A stretch of DNA of 63,882 nucleotides, filler included, from Perkinsus chesapeaki ATCC PRA-425 (lineage: Eukaryota; Protista; Perkinsozoa): NCBI GenBank assembly GCA_013115145.1. It is 10 parts of 10 records of this genome, joined end to end, with 100 filler letters (N's around TTAATTAATTAA, not from the genome) between each part and the next. Parts side by side here need not be neighbours in the genome. Positions count along the whole stretch, not along the records: positions 46,368 to 58,925 come from JAAPAO010000808.1; positions 59,026 to 60,894 come from JAAPAO010001749.1; 8 more parts are not named here. One strand, 5' to 3'. A program made the translations under genes and the position numbers. The notes below the pieces were generated by a model. The model searched no databases. It was not told the DNA's origin and saw only the letters and a program-made list of their open reading frames with translations. The first letter of the stretch is position 1. Each line of letters begins with the position of its first letter. Of this stretch, positions 49,681 to 60,994 are shown one piece after another.

Positions 49681-50067
49681 TTAACAACCCTTTAGTACAT
49701 ATTCCTCAACATGCTCTGGAAGGAGCTTTCCCTGTCTGCTGCTGCCTGTGTTATAGGGTGTATCCTCATTCCCTTGATCGAAGAATGGTTCAAGATCACC
49801 CAGCTCTGCAACATCAGACGTCAAACAAGTGTAGTATTCGGTTATGTCCGAGGCATCCGTGTCCTCTGCAGAATCAAAGTCCTCCTCGTCAGACGACGGA
49901 GTGTCAGAGTGGCTGCTGCTGTCGGGCTTGCTACTACTGCAGGCTTGCTTGCGCAGACGACGACTGATTCTGAAGTGCAGCACAGCTGGAACGACCCGAA
50001 CTATATCGTGGAGAACTGTAGTGACGTTGTCCACAGCAGCCAACCTTCGTCTCTTCATTGTGGACAT
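49681..50067 (-). CDS. Hypothetical protein or 5' exon with a Ser/acidic tract
   Basis: ATG-started ORF with SSDEEDFDSAEDTD, on the same strand as and upstream of the CRAL-TRIO exons. Confidence 0.4.
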   Translation of the reverse strand: MSTMKRRRLAAVDNVTTVLHDIVRVVPAVLHFRISRRLRKQACSSSKPDSSSHSDTPSSDEEDFDSAEDTDASDITEYYTCLTSDVAELGDLEPFFDQGNEDTPYNTGSSRQGKLLPEHVEEYVLKGC

Positions 50068-50300
50068 ATTTTAAAGAAAGGCTAGAAGATAACCCCACCT
50101 TGAATGATACCAATCACACGCCTCAAAGTTTGGGAGCAGAGGGACGGCTGATTCACCATTGGGGCCTCCAATACTGAGCAACTCAATACTGCAGTGAGAT
50201 GGATAGTAAGGAGCGTATGAATCATTCAGATGAGATCCGGAGCCTGTTTGATGACCCATTTGAAGTGCAAACGCCCCTCCATGCGGCTTCTGGCGAATGA

Positions 50301-51317
50301 CTAGTAGATCGCGGAAGGCGTAGTAAACGATAATACATTTCCTGTGAGGTTCCAGAGATTGTAGTGACAGCAGCCTTGAACACGGGCAGCATCAGACGGA
50401 CATGAGAGCGTGTCCGGAGGAAAAAAAGCCTTTGATAGTTCGGTAGGATCTCTGAACCGATGAGGCTTGTCACGAAATAGCTTACCAATAAAAAGGGCCA
50501 ATGAACTGACAACAATAGCAGATTCGGCAGTCTTGACTAAGGCCTCCATGAATGTAGGATGCCAAACGTAGGCGGGCATTTCTGGGTGGAACTGAACGCT
50601 ATACATTGGGGGCTTCCCCGGCCTCGACTCCATACTGGCTGAAAAGATCCTGTGGTTGGCCGGATCTTCGCTGGTGCTGGTCATGATGAACTGTTCCCTC
50701 AGTTGGTTATACTCGTTCCACATTTCCGGTGGGACTCCGTTAAAGTGTCCGTGGGTTGTCACGTTTTGAGTCTGCAATATCTCTCGCACATAAGAAGGTA
50801 GGGAACTAAGCATAACTCCTCCTCCATTCACCATTTTAATAGGAAGGGCAACATTGTTGGTGGTGTAGTGGCCTTCTAGAATGACTTCATGGGTTCCGGC
50901 GGCCAGAAGAGCAAGAAGCTGATGACCTTGGCAAATACCAAAAATAGGGAAGGGGTCCTTCTTAGCATACCTGTCAACAGCATAGTCGTAGATCACTTTG
51001 GCCGCATCGACGTATGGGTGACCGAAACGGAGGTCCTGATCGAGGCTACCCCCAGTGAATAGAACACCACTTATACTAGCTAGAAGGGACTTTAGGTTAG
51101 GATCCTGGTAATGTAGAGGGATTACTTGTACACCAGCACTTTCCAGATATTTCACATTATATTCTCGAATATAGGGGTAAGGAGTTGACCCAGCGGGAGG
51201 ATGAGCAAGGATACCAACCACTGGGCTTCGAGGGAAGTCCTCTTCTGAGCCGCGAAGCCCGCTATGAGCAGTCACGGTGATAGTAACTACATAGAGCTGG
51301 GGAAAAAGGAACGCCAT
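50301..51317 (-). CDS. Gamma-glutamyl hydrolase (peptidase C26), copy 1
   Basis: PVVGILAHP, YVKYLESAG-type motif (YNVKYLESAG), GVLFTGG, nucleophile FGICQGHQLL, VQFHPE; signal-like N-terminus; intronless. Confidence 0.9.
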   Translation of the reverse strand: MAFLFPQLYVVTITVTAHSGLRGSEEDFPRSPVVGILAHPPAGSTPYPYIREYNVKYLESAGVQVIPLHYQDPNLKSLLASISGVLFTGGSLDQDLRFGHPYVDAAKVIYDYAVDRYAKKDPFPIFGICQGHQLLALLAAGTHEVILEGHYTTNNVALPIKMVNGGGVMLSSLPSYVREILQTQNVTTHGHFNGVPPEMWNEYNQLREQFIMTSTSEDPANHRIFSASMESRPGKPPMYSVQFHPEMPAYVWHPTFMEALVKTAESAIVVSSLALFIGKLFRDKPHRFRDPTELSKAFFPPDTLSCPSDAARVQGCCHYNLWNLTGNVLSFTTPSAIY

Positions 51318-51562
51318 CACTTGGAAATTAGAAAAATTAGAACACAACTGTTACCACTACTCTTCAGTCACTCTCAACAGTCCCTGCCGAGTGAGTCTGC
51401 ACGCGCACATGTTGATTGTCGTGGCCAGTGGTCCCAACCCTAGTACACGGAGGTCCAAAAAGTATCATTTCTCAGAAGTTTGAACTAACGATTAAATTGA
51501 GCGGGCATTCGGTCTGTCACGTTCATTTCTCTTTCGCGCGCGTGCAAAAAGTGTTTAGAAAA

Positions 51563-51584
51563 TGCTCCTGCCGGGATTCGAACC
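51563..51584 (-). pseudogene. tRNA 3' fragment (B-box to acceptor end) followed by TTTT
   Basis: Minus strand GGTTCGAATCCCGGCAGGAGCA-TTTT has exact tRNA position 52-73 spacing. No foldable 5' half upstream. Confidence 0.35.
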
Positions 51585-52080
51585 TACCTCTTTATATCTC
51601 GCTCGACCATGGCTTAACTGTTGCTGTAACTTCGGGAGTTAAACTCAACGCAGACTGAGAAATACTGGAGGACATAAATGGTCAGGAAAATACAAGAGGT
51701 ATATAACTTAGTCATAAGTGTAATAGTCACGAAACGGTTACTAGCGTAGCGCTAGAGAAACGCTTTGTGCACACGTAAAGCACAAAGCGTATCGTGACAA
51801 AAATATTGCGCAGCGCCATGGAACAGTTGTGCCAGTCACTGCCTGTCTTGGCTCCGGATACCAATACAGAACCTACTGGGCATCTATTGGGTGTTCTGGC
51901 ATTGTGTGCTATTGACCCAATGGCAAATTGTGTCGTTGTGTCTCCATTTCTCTCCACTTCGGGTAAGGCATACCGGCAAGCATGAGGATCAATGGGACAA
52001 CAGCTTGTAACAGTCGGCATTGTAACGTGACTCAAAACAGGTACGAAGCGAAAACCGTAGTCCTAGGAACAACGTGTAAT

Positions 52081-52500
52081 AGTCGTGCCTGTCACAGTAA
52101 CACGTATAGTAGTCATACTTGTCACAGTAACACGTATAGTAGTCATACTTGTCACAGTGACACGTATGATAGTCATACTTGTCAGAGTAACACGTATGAT
52201 AGTCATACTTGTCACAGTTATACGTATAATAGTCATACTTGCCACAGGAATACGTATAATAGTCATACCTATCACAGTAATACGTATAATAGTCATACTT
52301 GTCACAGTAATACGTATAATAGTCATACTTGTCACAGTAATACGTATAATAGTCATACTTGTCACAGTAATACGTATAATAGTCGTACTTGTCACAGTAA
52401 TACGTATAATAGTCATACTTGTCACAGTAATACGTATAATACATATTCTACGTATAATACTCATACTTGTCACAGCAACAAGTATAACACTCATGGTTGT
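52081..52500 (+). repeat. 30-bp minisatellite, ~12 full plus ~2 degenerate units
   Basis: Consensus AGTCATACTTGTCACAGTAATACGTATAAT, head to tail with no spacers. Confidence 0.97.
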
Positions 52501-52996
52501 CATACAGCATAAACAGTATATTCACCCGATTTCCTCCATTTCAATCTCCAAGGTGAATAAAAGCCGGTCCGCACGGGGTCTACTACGGGGGGGATTTACT
52601 CGGGTCTATTTCACTCGGTTCCATTTAGTCTCGGTTTCTGCAGGTAAGAACAAGCCCATTTCTCCGGGTCTTGATTTCCGGAAAGCGACTTGAATCTATT
52701 TGACTCCGTTTTACAATACACTGTGTATGATACGCGACAAACTTTCTTGTGTATCATACACAAGTACAAAGTGGCACACGACTTACGTGAAATAATATTC
52801 GTACACTTCAGCGTCATATACCCCATGACAATGGTGACCATTAACATGGCATGTTCATACACCGGAAGTTCATACACGTAAAGCTGATAGCTTCAAGCTC
52901 TTACACACAAAGCTGATGTTTCGCACAAAATGGACAATCATACACATGCATTCCAACATGTGGAAGTATTCTAGTTCCAAGAAAGCCACAAGAGAG

Positions 52997-53090
52997 ACTA
53001 TTGCGACGACGTCGCAATAGTAGGACTGCCACAGTCCTTCACAACTACAGTGTGTACTACTACAGTGTGTACTACTTCACTGTGTAGACT
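52997..53090. repeat. 25-bp palindrome, 7-bp hairpin and three 15-bp tandem units
   Basis: ACTATTGCGACG-A-CGTCGCAATAGT (52997-53021), AGGACTG-CCA-CAGTCCT (53022-53038), then ACTACAGTGTGTACT x2 plus one variant. Confidence 0.85.
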
Positions 53091-53658
53091 CCATAAGGAA
53101 ATTGGGGGATCCTGTATACTCAATACGGGACATACAAGGTGGCGCATGAGAAAGGATTACCACAGAATATTAATACTGCTCGCACAAGTCGTAGAGGACT
53201 CGCGGTCTCGGCTTTAAGCTCTCTTTGAGATGTCTAACAATTTTGACCATTGGACAACCAGGCTGCTCTAGCAAGTTAGTGGCATAATCTCACTTGCATT
53301 CCGACCAGTGGTCGGCGACCACGTCACAAAGGTTCTGCCTCAACATAAGTTTTCCCTTGTGAGAGAACACAAGAAGAGGACTATAGTTGCTGATAGGTTT
53401 ATTAACAACTAAAGACAGATCAACGTGGGGGGGGGTCAAGACGACATTATCCGCATCCTGCACATACCTCACCCGCTGCATACTTGCGACTATACAAGCA
53501 GTACCTTCACCCTGCGTACATGCTCGAGGTGCAGGCAGGACAAATATCAGACGGAAAGTGAAGAGAAAAATTTTCACAACAGAAGCTCATCTACTCGAAG
53601 TGAGGCTTCAGAGTAGGGAGCATTATTCGGATAAAACCTTGGATTGAAATATGTTATT

Positions 53659-54657
53659 TTACACAAGTGGGCCGCTCAAACCATAAGCTGAGATGTCATA
53701 ACGACAGTATCCTTGAGTAAGAGCAACATCTGACGGGCATAGAAGGGCATCCTTGCGAATAAAGGCTTTTGACAATTCGTTAGGATCCCTGAACCCATGA
53801 GGTATGTTACGAAAAATCTTCGCAAGAAAGAGGGCCAACGAGTTGATAACAAGAGCAGACTCAGCAGTCTTGAGTAAGGCCTTCATGAGTGTAGGATCCC
53901 AAACGTAGGCGGGCATTTCTGGGTGGAACTGAACGCTATACATAGGGGGCTTCCCCGGCCTCGACTCCATACTGGCTGAAAAAATTTTGTGATTGGCTGG
54001 ATCCTCGCTGGTGCTGGTCATGATGAACTGTTCCCTCAGTTGGTTATACTCGTTCCACATTTCCGGTGGGACTCCGTTAGAGTGAATATTAGCAGTTACG
54101 TTTTGAGTCTGCAATATCTCTCGCACATAAGAAGGTAGGGAATTAAGCATAACTCCTCCTCCATTCACCATTTTAATAGGAAGGGCAACATTGTTGGTGG
54201 TGTAGTGGCCTTCTAGAATGACTTCATGGGTTCCGGCGGCCAGAAGAGCAAGAAGCTGATGACCTTGGCAAATACCAAAAATAGGGAAGGGGTCCTTCTT
54301 AGCATACCTGTCTACAGCATAGTCGTAGATCACTTTAGCCGCTTCGACGTATGGGTGACCGAAACGGAGGTCCTGATCGAGGCTACCCCCAGTGAATAGA
54401 ACACCACTTATACTAGCTAGAAGGGACTTTAGGTTAGGATCCTGGTAATGTAGAGGGACTACTTGTACACCAGCACTTTCCAGATATTTCACATTATATT
54501 CTCGAATATAGGGGTAAGGAGTTGACTTGGTGGGAGGATGAGCAAGGATACCAACCACTGGGCTTCGAGGGAAGTCCTCTTCTGAGCCGCGAAGCCCGCT
54601 ATGAGCAGTCACGGTGATAGTAACGACACATAGCTGGTAAAAAAAGTAAGGTAGCAT
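53659..54657 (-). CDS. Gamma-glutamyl hydrolase (peptidase C26), copy 2
   Basis: Same motifs as copy 1. The core is nearly identical in nucleotide sequence; the termini diverge. Confidence 0.9.
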   Translation of the reverse strand: MLPYFFYQLCVVTITVTAHSGLRGSEEDFPRSPVVGILAHPPTKSTPYPYIREYNVKYLESAGVQVVPLHYQDPNLKSLLASISGVLFTGGSLDQDLRFGHPYVEAAKVIYDYAVDRYAKKDPFPIFGICQGHQLLALLAAGTHEVILEGHYTTNNVALPIKMVNGGGVMLNSLPSYVREILQTQNVTANIHSNGVPPEMWNEYNQLREQFIMTSTSEDPANHKIFSASMESRPGKPPMYSVQFHPEMPAYVWDPTLMKALLKTAESALVINSLALFLAKIFRNIPHGFRDPNELSKAFIRKDALLCPSDVALTQGYCRYDISAYGLSGPLV

Positions 54658-54999
54658 TATAACAACAAATCTTCGATACTGACAAACGCAAGATTGGATA
54701 GCGCACAAGCTTGAGGGAGTTGGGGTAGCCTCGGGTACTCCCTGGAAATTGTGTTTACGCGTGCAGATGAACGCATACCCAAACACCTCTGCACAGAATC
54801 TGCGGTGTTTGGGTATGAATGTGATCTGATCACTAAGAACGCTCTGGGTTTACAGCAAGCTGCTGTTAATAGGTGCGAAATGGACCTTTCAGAGCAGTGC
54901 CATATCGCTGTGGGCAAAGGCTCACAAAAAGGCATAATAGGTTTTCAGTGGCCTAGATCAGCGTGTTATTCATTTAGGACTTCACTGTAGCTTTGGGCA

Positions 55000-57900
55000 C
55001 AGGTGGAAGGTCTCATATAGGGCCCGTATGGGCGATGCGCGCATCATACTCATGGACGACAGGAACTTACTGGTCAGGGAAGATAACGTCGGATCAAACG
55101 ATTGCAAAATGATAGAAGTTGACGAATCAACACGCTTTAGTGTGTACTTGTGCGCAGAGCCGCGCTGTTTAGCGCACGCGACAGTGTCGACGCCGCAGTA
55201 TCCAAGACGATGTGTACGCTTCCGTCGTAGATACTAACCGGGCCATAGGACTTGTGGTACGGCCCGTAAAGCTCACCCTACATGGTTCTCGCGCCATCTG
55301 TCCACCCCCGATGAGCAAACAGTGAAGGGCGGCAGATCAACAGTTTATGCAGGCACGTATCCCGCGTAGAGTGCCGATACCGGGCGCTCGGGGAACGCTT
55401 CATCGGGGATCGCGGGCCACTGGAACCTTCCCTGCCATCCAGAAACGCGGGCCTTGTAATAAGATATTTTACTGAGTAACCATGCTTCTGGTGTCATTCA
55501 GACGTCGTGGCCGAGGAAAATCGGGAATTATCCGAAACTCGGAGTAAAATCAGATTGTTGAGCTGACATACAGGACGTTTATGAGGTTCTTTGGCACACC
55601 TTAATCAAATTCCGCAGGCCTTCTTCTGGCTAACTGCAGCTTACATACTCCCACCTTTAGGGTTCGTGCTGAGGGCTGCGCTTGCCACAAGCGGAACAAC
55701 GTTAAAGGCTTGCGCTCAGGCTGAGGTGAATCCCTCGAACGGTCCGTTAGCGCTCTATTAGGCCGTGCTCCACTTGTTGGCGACAAAGATTCCTTACGAA
55801 TTTCACCGCAGTGTCACAGGTCATGATTAACGCGGACCGCGCGCCAAAGTTATTCACATTCCAAAGGAAGCGTGCCCTAGAGGGATTGAGCGCGCGCCCA
55901 GTCTTGTGCCCTTTTGATTTTTTTCCTATACAGAGGAATCCACCGGGCACGGCGGCATAGGTCAATCTGGATAATTGGTATTGAAGTCTAAAGGTGGCTG
56001 GAATGAGCCTTAGTGACAACCTCGGTATGGCTTAGCGGTAAGAGCAATGCCATGAAATGTGATTATGCAGACTGTAAGGAAGCACGCGGGGGGTTCCTTG
56101 GTTAACCTATTTGGAATCTTATTCATTTTAGTTGTGTTGATGTCTCAAAGGCCATCTACCAACTCGCGACGCATCAAAAAGCAACAACCTTCGCATCTTA
56201 CGTCCACCCGTGCATCTTCGTCCGTACAACCAGAACTAGAAGACAACAACAACTTAACAACAGCACCAGAGCAGCAGCAGCCTCGCCGTCGTCGGCAAAG
56301 CCGTCGCGGCAGTTCTCAGCCAGCGGAGGCAACTTCCCAGGTAGAAATCTGACCTCATACCGATTCTCCCATATCTTAAAGATGATTGAATGTATACCCT
56401 CAGTCGTCCTCTAGAAGGCGCTCAAAGAAGCTCACCGGAGAGGAAACTCAGAAGGGAGCCGAGAAAAAAGGTAAGGCAAGCGTTAGGGAATTTTAAGCGT
56501 TATATTCGAGCTCAGCGCAAAGGAAGCGCAAAGCCGATAATCTGATCGTTGGAAAGGCAGAAGTAGACAGCAAACCGAGCAAATCCATGAAAAGGGACAG
56601 TGAAGCCAGCAAGGACACCTCTGCCGAGGACTCTTCAATGCGTCTCGAAACCCCAACTGATATGAATGACTCAGCAGCGGCCAGCCCGGAGGCTGCTAGG
56701 CGAGGAGGTGACTCTCGTATGGATCTAGGTAGTGTATTCAGGGTCGGTTGAGTGGGATGGTGGAATAGGTGCTCTTGGGGCATTCTTAAGGCAAGTGGGA
56801 AGTCGGGATGACGATGCTGCGAAAGAAGAAGGGGAAGGTAGAATGGATATTATTTGGATATTTTGGATGTGATTCCCGCAGAAGATGAAATGTTCTCGCC
56901 TCGAGATGGTGGGGGAGGTGCGGCATCGTCATCGTCTTCGTTCCCGGAAGGATTGGCGTTTTTGATGTCTGCTGCATCTGGCGGGAGTGGGTTTATGCAA
57001 AGTAAGGGAAGTTGTGGGAAGTGCGGTATGGTAGTGTAATCGGTAGTGACGACAGTGATTTACGACATACCGTATCCTTATATATCAATGTAACATTAAA
57101 CTATGTATATATGCAAAACGCATTCAATAATCATACCGTATTCTTATATACTAATGTAACTTCCAATGATATATCAGTGAATGCCAAATATACCTCTATT
57201 TATACGCTGTATATGTCTCTATTAGCACCATAACTCTCAGGAATAATGACCGAGTTGAAGTCGGATGACTCATTGCGTGTAATAGCCGCCCTAACAGAAC
57301 TCAATGACATCCTCAATCTATCTGGAGAGGAGATAGCTCTTGGTTTCCCAGTTGAATCCGCGGTACGATTTTCCATGCTACTTTAGATGGTCACTCCCTT
57401 CGGTTAGGTGCCCCTGTTGGTGAGGCATATTGAACGAGATGACCCGCAGGACGGTGGAGATGATCCGGACACGAGGAGGCTACTGGCCAGCAGATGTAGT
57501 GATCTATGGCCTGGCCCTGTCCGCGTTACTGCCGCCGCCGTGGAACCGCACCTGTCTAAAGTCGCTGAGAAAGCTTTACGCAAAGCATCCTGTTCAGTTT
57601 AACGACTACTAAAATGGTCCAGAAATAGTGTCAAGTTACTCGGGTCACGTAGGATATATGGCATTGGTCGTAGTAGTAGCTGTTGTTGACTGTAATGATG
57701 TGCTTTAATGTTGATGAGATAGTGGAGGGGCGGTTTTAGTGGTATGGTGTGGTTCGCGGTATCGACCTGAATGAAAATAAGAGTATTCTTTAATGACCAT
57801 ATCGACTTCCCGCATCGAGCTCGTTTTTTACACTAGTCCTCCGATTGGACTTTAATGGGCGGACATACAGCACTCATAAGGTCTTGTGTATGGACCATTC

Positions 57901-58700
57901 CCTATCTTGCTCATTTTCATACGTGTGCTGAATGGCTCTGTCGTTGTCCATCAATCACGGGCTGTAGATGGGGAAATGCTTATCAACCGAGGATTTGCCC
58001 ACCAGCTTTCGAGTGGAGCAGCGTGACGTTTATGACTCGCCAGCGTTTTCCTGGATGATTAGTGAAGTGCCCTGCTTTGTTTTTAGGTTTGTATAGCTTA
58101 CTGGATATCCTACCTTCTGCTACAGCACGTACCTTGTCCAACTCTGAGAAAGGCCTCTCTGTTATATGTCATAAGCTGAGCAATATTACTAATATTGATT
58201 TAGCTGAGCAGTGTATTAGGGTAAGCATGTGGGAGGAGGAGGAGGAGCTTGCCTTGCCTAGTGTTTGTTGTGGGCGATTCTATCAGGGCATAGATGATCG
58301 GAAAAGATAGTGCAGGCGGTCAGGTCCAGGTCTGGTACTTACTCGCTCAGTTCCTACTAGCTGCGGATCTTGCTATTTGAGGACATTTCGGTTGCATTGG
58401 AGATTCTAGTAGCTTGCTGTTTTCAATTAGTAGTCCAGTAAGGTGTGATTACGGCGACATATGAAAATGGATGTCAAATTGAACTGTTTCTCGGGCCTTG
58501 CCAAAATCCTAGGATATGATGTTGCTCTATATTGATATGGATTCCAGCCTCTTATTGTATTACGTATCATTGATAGGTATTATTTCGAGTGTCCAGTGAG
58601 CAGCCTACAGCACTCTTCTGTGCTGGAGGGGTTCAAGCGTTGTTGGAGTGTATGGACTTTTTTACAACATATTGTCAAGGCCAGGCTATGGGAGCTGTTA
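55000..58700 (-). CDS. One or more unidentified multi-exon genes (boundaries not resolved)
   Basis: Exon-like open stretches with plausible splice sites, e.g. FMDLLGLLSTSAFPTIRLSALRFLCAELE and NEDDDDAAPPPP. No family recognised. Confidence 0.25.
57066..57160 (+). repeat. Short imperfect direct repeat, 66-bp period
   Basis: CATACCGTAT(C/T)CTTATATA..AATGTAAC at 57066 and 57132. Confidence 0.6.
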
Positions 58701-58767
58701 AAAATATGGTAAGAGAAAGAGGAGGAAGAGGAGGAACTATAGGAAGTTAACCACTAATGTGCTCTTC

Positions 58768-58925
58768 CCTTATCTTTATTATTGCCTTATCTTTATTATT
58801 GCCTTATCTTTATTATTCCCTTATCTTTATTATTGCCTTATCTTTATTATTGCCTTATCTTTATTATTGCCTTATCTTTATTATTGCCTTATCTTTATTA
58901 TTCCCTTATCTTTATTATTGCCTTA
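58768..58925 (+). repeat. 17-bp minisatellite, at least 9 units, running into a gap
   Basis: Unit CCTTATCTTTATTATT(G/C). Confidence 0.97.
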
Positions 58926-59983
58926 NNNNNNNNNNNNNNNNNNNNNNNNNNNNNNNNNNNNNNNNNNNNTTAATTAATTAANNNNNNNNNNNNNNNNNNN
59001 NNNNNNNNNNNNNNNNNNNNNNNNNTGCGCGCTCTCAATGACTGACATAATAAGCACACATAAGTTTAAGATGCTGATGATACCGGGAATGGGATAGTAC
59101 TTGAGGAGTGTGTAGACACGTGATGAAGATAGTGTCCAATAGAGCAGCATCCTCAGGCATCGCCACGTATTCACAAAGACTTTCATGCAGCATATCCTCT
59201 GTGTTCGTAGGCCACAGCAGAAATCCATTGCGATAGAAAGTCTGAAATCGGATACTCCTACCGATAATCCGACGAGCGAAAAAGCCCTACCTTAGGCGTC
59301 GTATGCGAACCAATAGGCACGATGCTATGCAGTTGATGGCAAGTTGCATAAAGGCCTCTTATTGACTCTGTTGGTCCAATAAATGATGTTATCAGAAACC
59401 GTACGCCGGTGTAGGTCAGGAGAATGCTGAGCGCTTCGGGGTGCTGTGGTGCAACGGTAAGCGGTGTATGAGACATCTGCGGCGCACCTTGCCATAGAGA
59501 TACAGGAAACTGCTCAGTAACGGAGAGTAACACTTGACTAGAGCTGTGATGATCAGTCTCATGGTAAACTCAACTCTCGTACAAACACGCATGACCGCTT
59601 GCATTTATCAAGCCCGCGAAACAAAGAGCGTGTCTACAGACGAACTCAGACTGGAGATTGGACCGCATCAACCGGATGTCGCTCGTGATTATCAGATGCC
59701 GAGGGGGTTGATAGAAAGTATATCCAGCAATGGTCTCGACGAACAGAGTTCGAAATTGGACCATCTTCGGCGAGCGCCGCTCTATCGTCGATAGAATCTG
59801 ATGACTACTGTATATCCGACGACACAGTTCAACTTAAAGAAAGGTCCCCAAACGCTAATAAATCTTAAGTAACCGTAATAACCGTAAGTTAAGAACATTA
59901 ATTAGAAAAGGCAGTTGTAATACCAAAGAGAATGCAATGTACACGCGCGATGAAATAATAAACTAGCGACAAGAGATGTGAAA

Positions 59984-60018
59984 ACAAGACTGACGCTCTA
60001 CCACTACGCTAGACCGGG
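59984..60018 (-). pseudogene. tRNA-Thr(TGT) 5' half, truncated
   Basis: CCCGGTCTAGCGTAGTGGTAGAGCGTCAGTCTTGT; homology to the intact copy stops after the anticodon. Confidence 0.8.
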
Positions 60019-60121
60019 TTGAAAATAGGCCAGAAGACTGCTACGTTACTATTTATGCTGAGTATGCCCTTGTGATCCGCTGAAGATCGTGGGTTTGGGA
60101 GCACTTAATCACAAAAAACAT

Positions 60122-60193
60122 AGCCGGATGGCAGGATCGAACTGCCGACCTTCAATTTACAAGACTGACGCTCTACCACTGAGCTAAACCGGC
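60122..60193 (-). tRNA. tRNA-Thr(TGT)
   Basis: GCCGGTT-TA-GCTC AGTGGTA GAGC-G-TCAGT CTTGTAA ATTGA-AGGTC-GGCAG TTCGATC CTGCC-ATCCGGC-T: full cloverleaf with one T-T mismatch in the acceptor stem. Confidence 0.9.
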
Positions 60194-60300
60194 TTGAAAA
60201 TTTCGAGCAAGACTGCTACGGTACCACTTGTGCTGAGTATGCCCTTGTGATCCACTGGAGCTTGTAGCCACAGGAGTTTTCAGTGGATGGAACAAGACAT

Positions 60301-60372
60301 AGCCGAATGGCAGAATCAAACTGCCGACCTTCAGTTTACAAGACTGACGCTCTACCACAAAGCTAAACCGGC
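60301..60372 (-). pseudogene. tRNA-Thr(TGT) copy, probably a pseudogene
   Basis: Second full-length copy 179 bp away. The T-loop is TTTGATT (loss of the invariant TTC) and the D-arm is altered. Confidence 0.75.
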
Positions 60373-60994
60373 TTGAAAATTAAGAGCAAGACTGCTACGG
60401 TACCACTTGTGCTGAGTACGCCCTTGTGATCCGCTGAAGCTCGTGGGTTTGAGAACACTCAAAACCCACAACGTCATCACGGTTGTCCAAGACTATGGAT
60501 GAGAGAGGCGGACAAGCCGCAACTCGCGTGGGTGCTTATCTTTAATGGTTCAGCCGCGATAGCGATGTCAACACAATCACGTTATCATCATGACAGCAAC
60601 ACTGGAGATTGATTCGATAAGATGGCGCGCTCAAGGGTAGAAGCACTAACGAACTGCACCACGCGATCGGGGCTACGACGCCGAGTCGCCTTGTGCTCGT
60701 TGAAATATAGCCAAAGACCTTGGCCCAATACCGACACGACGTGGTTTGCAGTACAGAATACTGCGTTAGCTCAGTGAGCGCCGAGATCACTGAGCTCTGT
60801 GTTACTTGGTCAACCGTGCTTTATCATGACCCAGCCTGCCCCGATGCGAATGTACCGATGACTCAGGCAGGATGTATGGTAACCACACTATGGTNNNNNN
60901 NNNNNNNNNNNNNNNNNNNNNNNNNNNNNNNNNNNNNNTTAATTAATTAANNNNNNNNNNNNNNNNNNNNNNNNNNNNNNNNNNNNNNNNNNNN

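Noticed and set aside
52081-52500. CRISPR array
   Set aside because: The 30-bp units are contiguous with no unique spacers, there are no cas genes, and the context is eukaryotic.
58768-58925. Telomeric repeat
   Set aside because: The 17-bp AT-rich unit lacks the G-run typical of telomere repeats; treated as a minisatellite.
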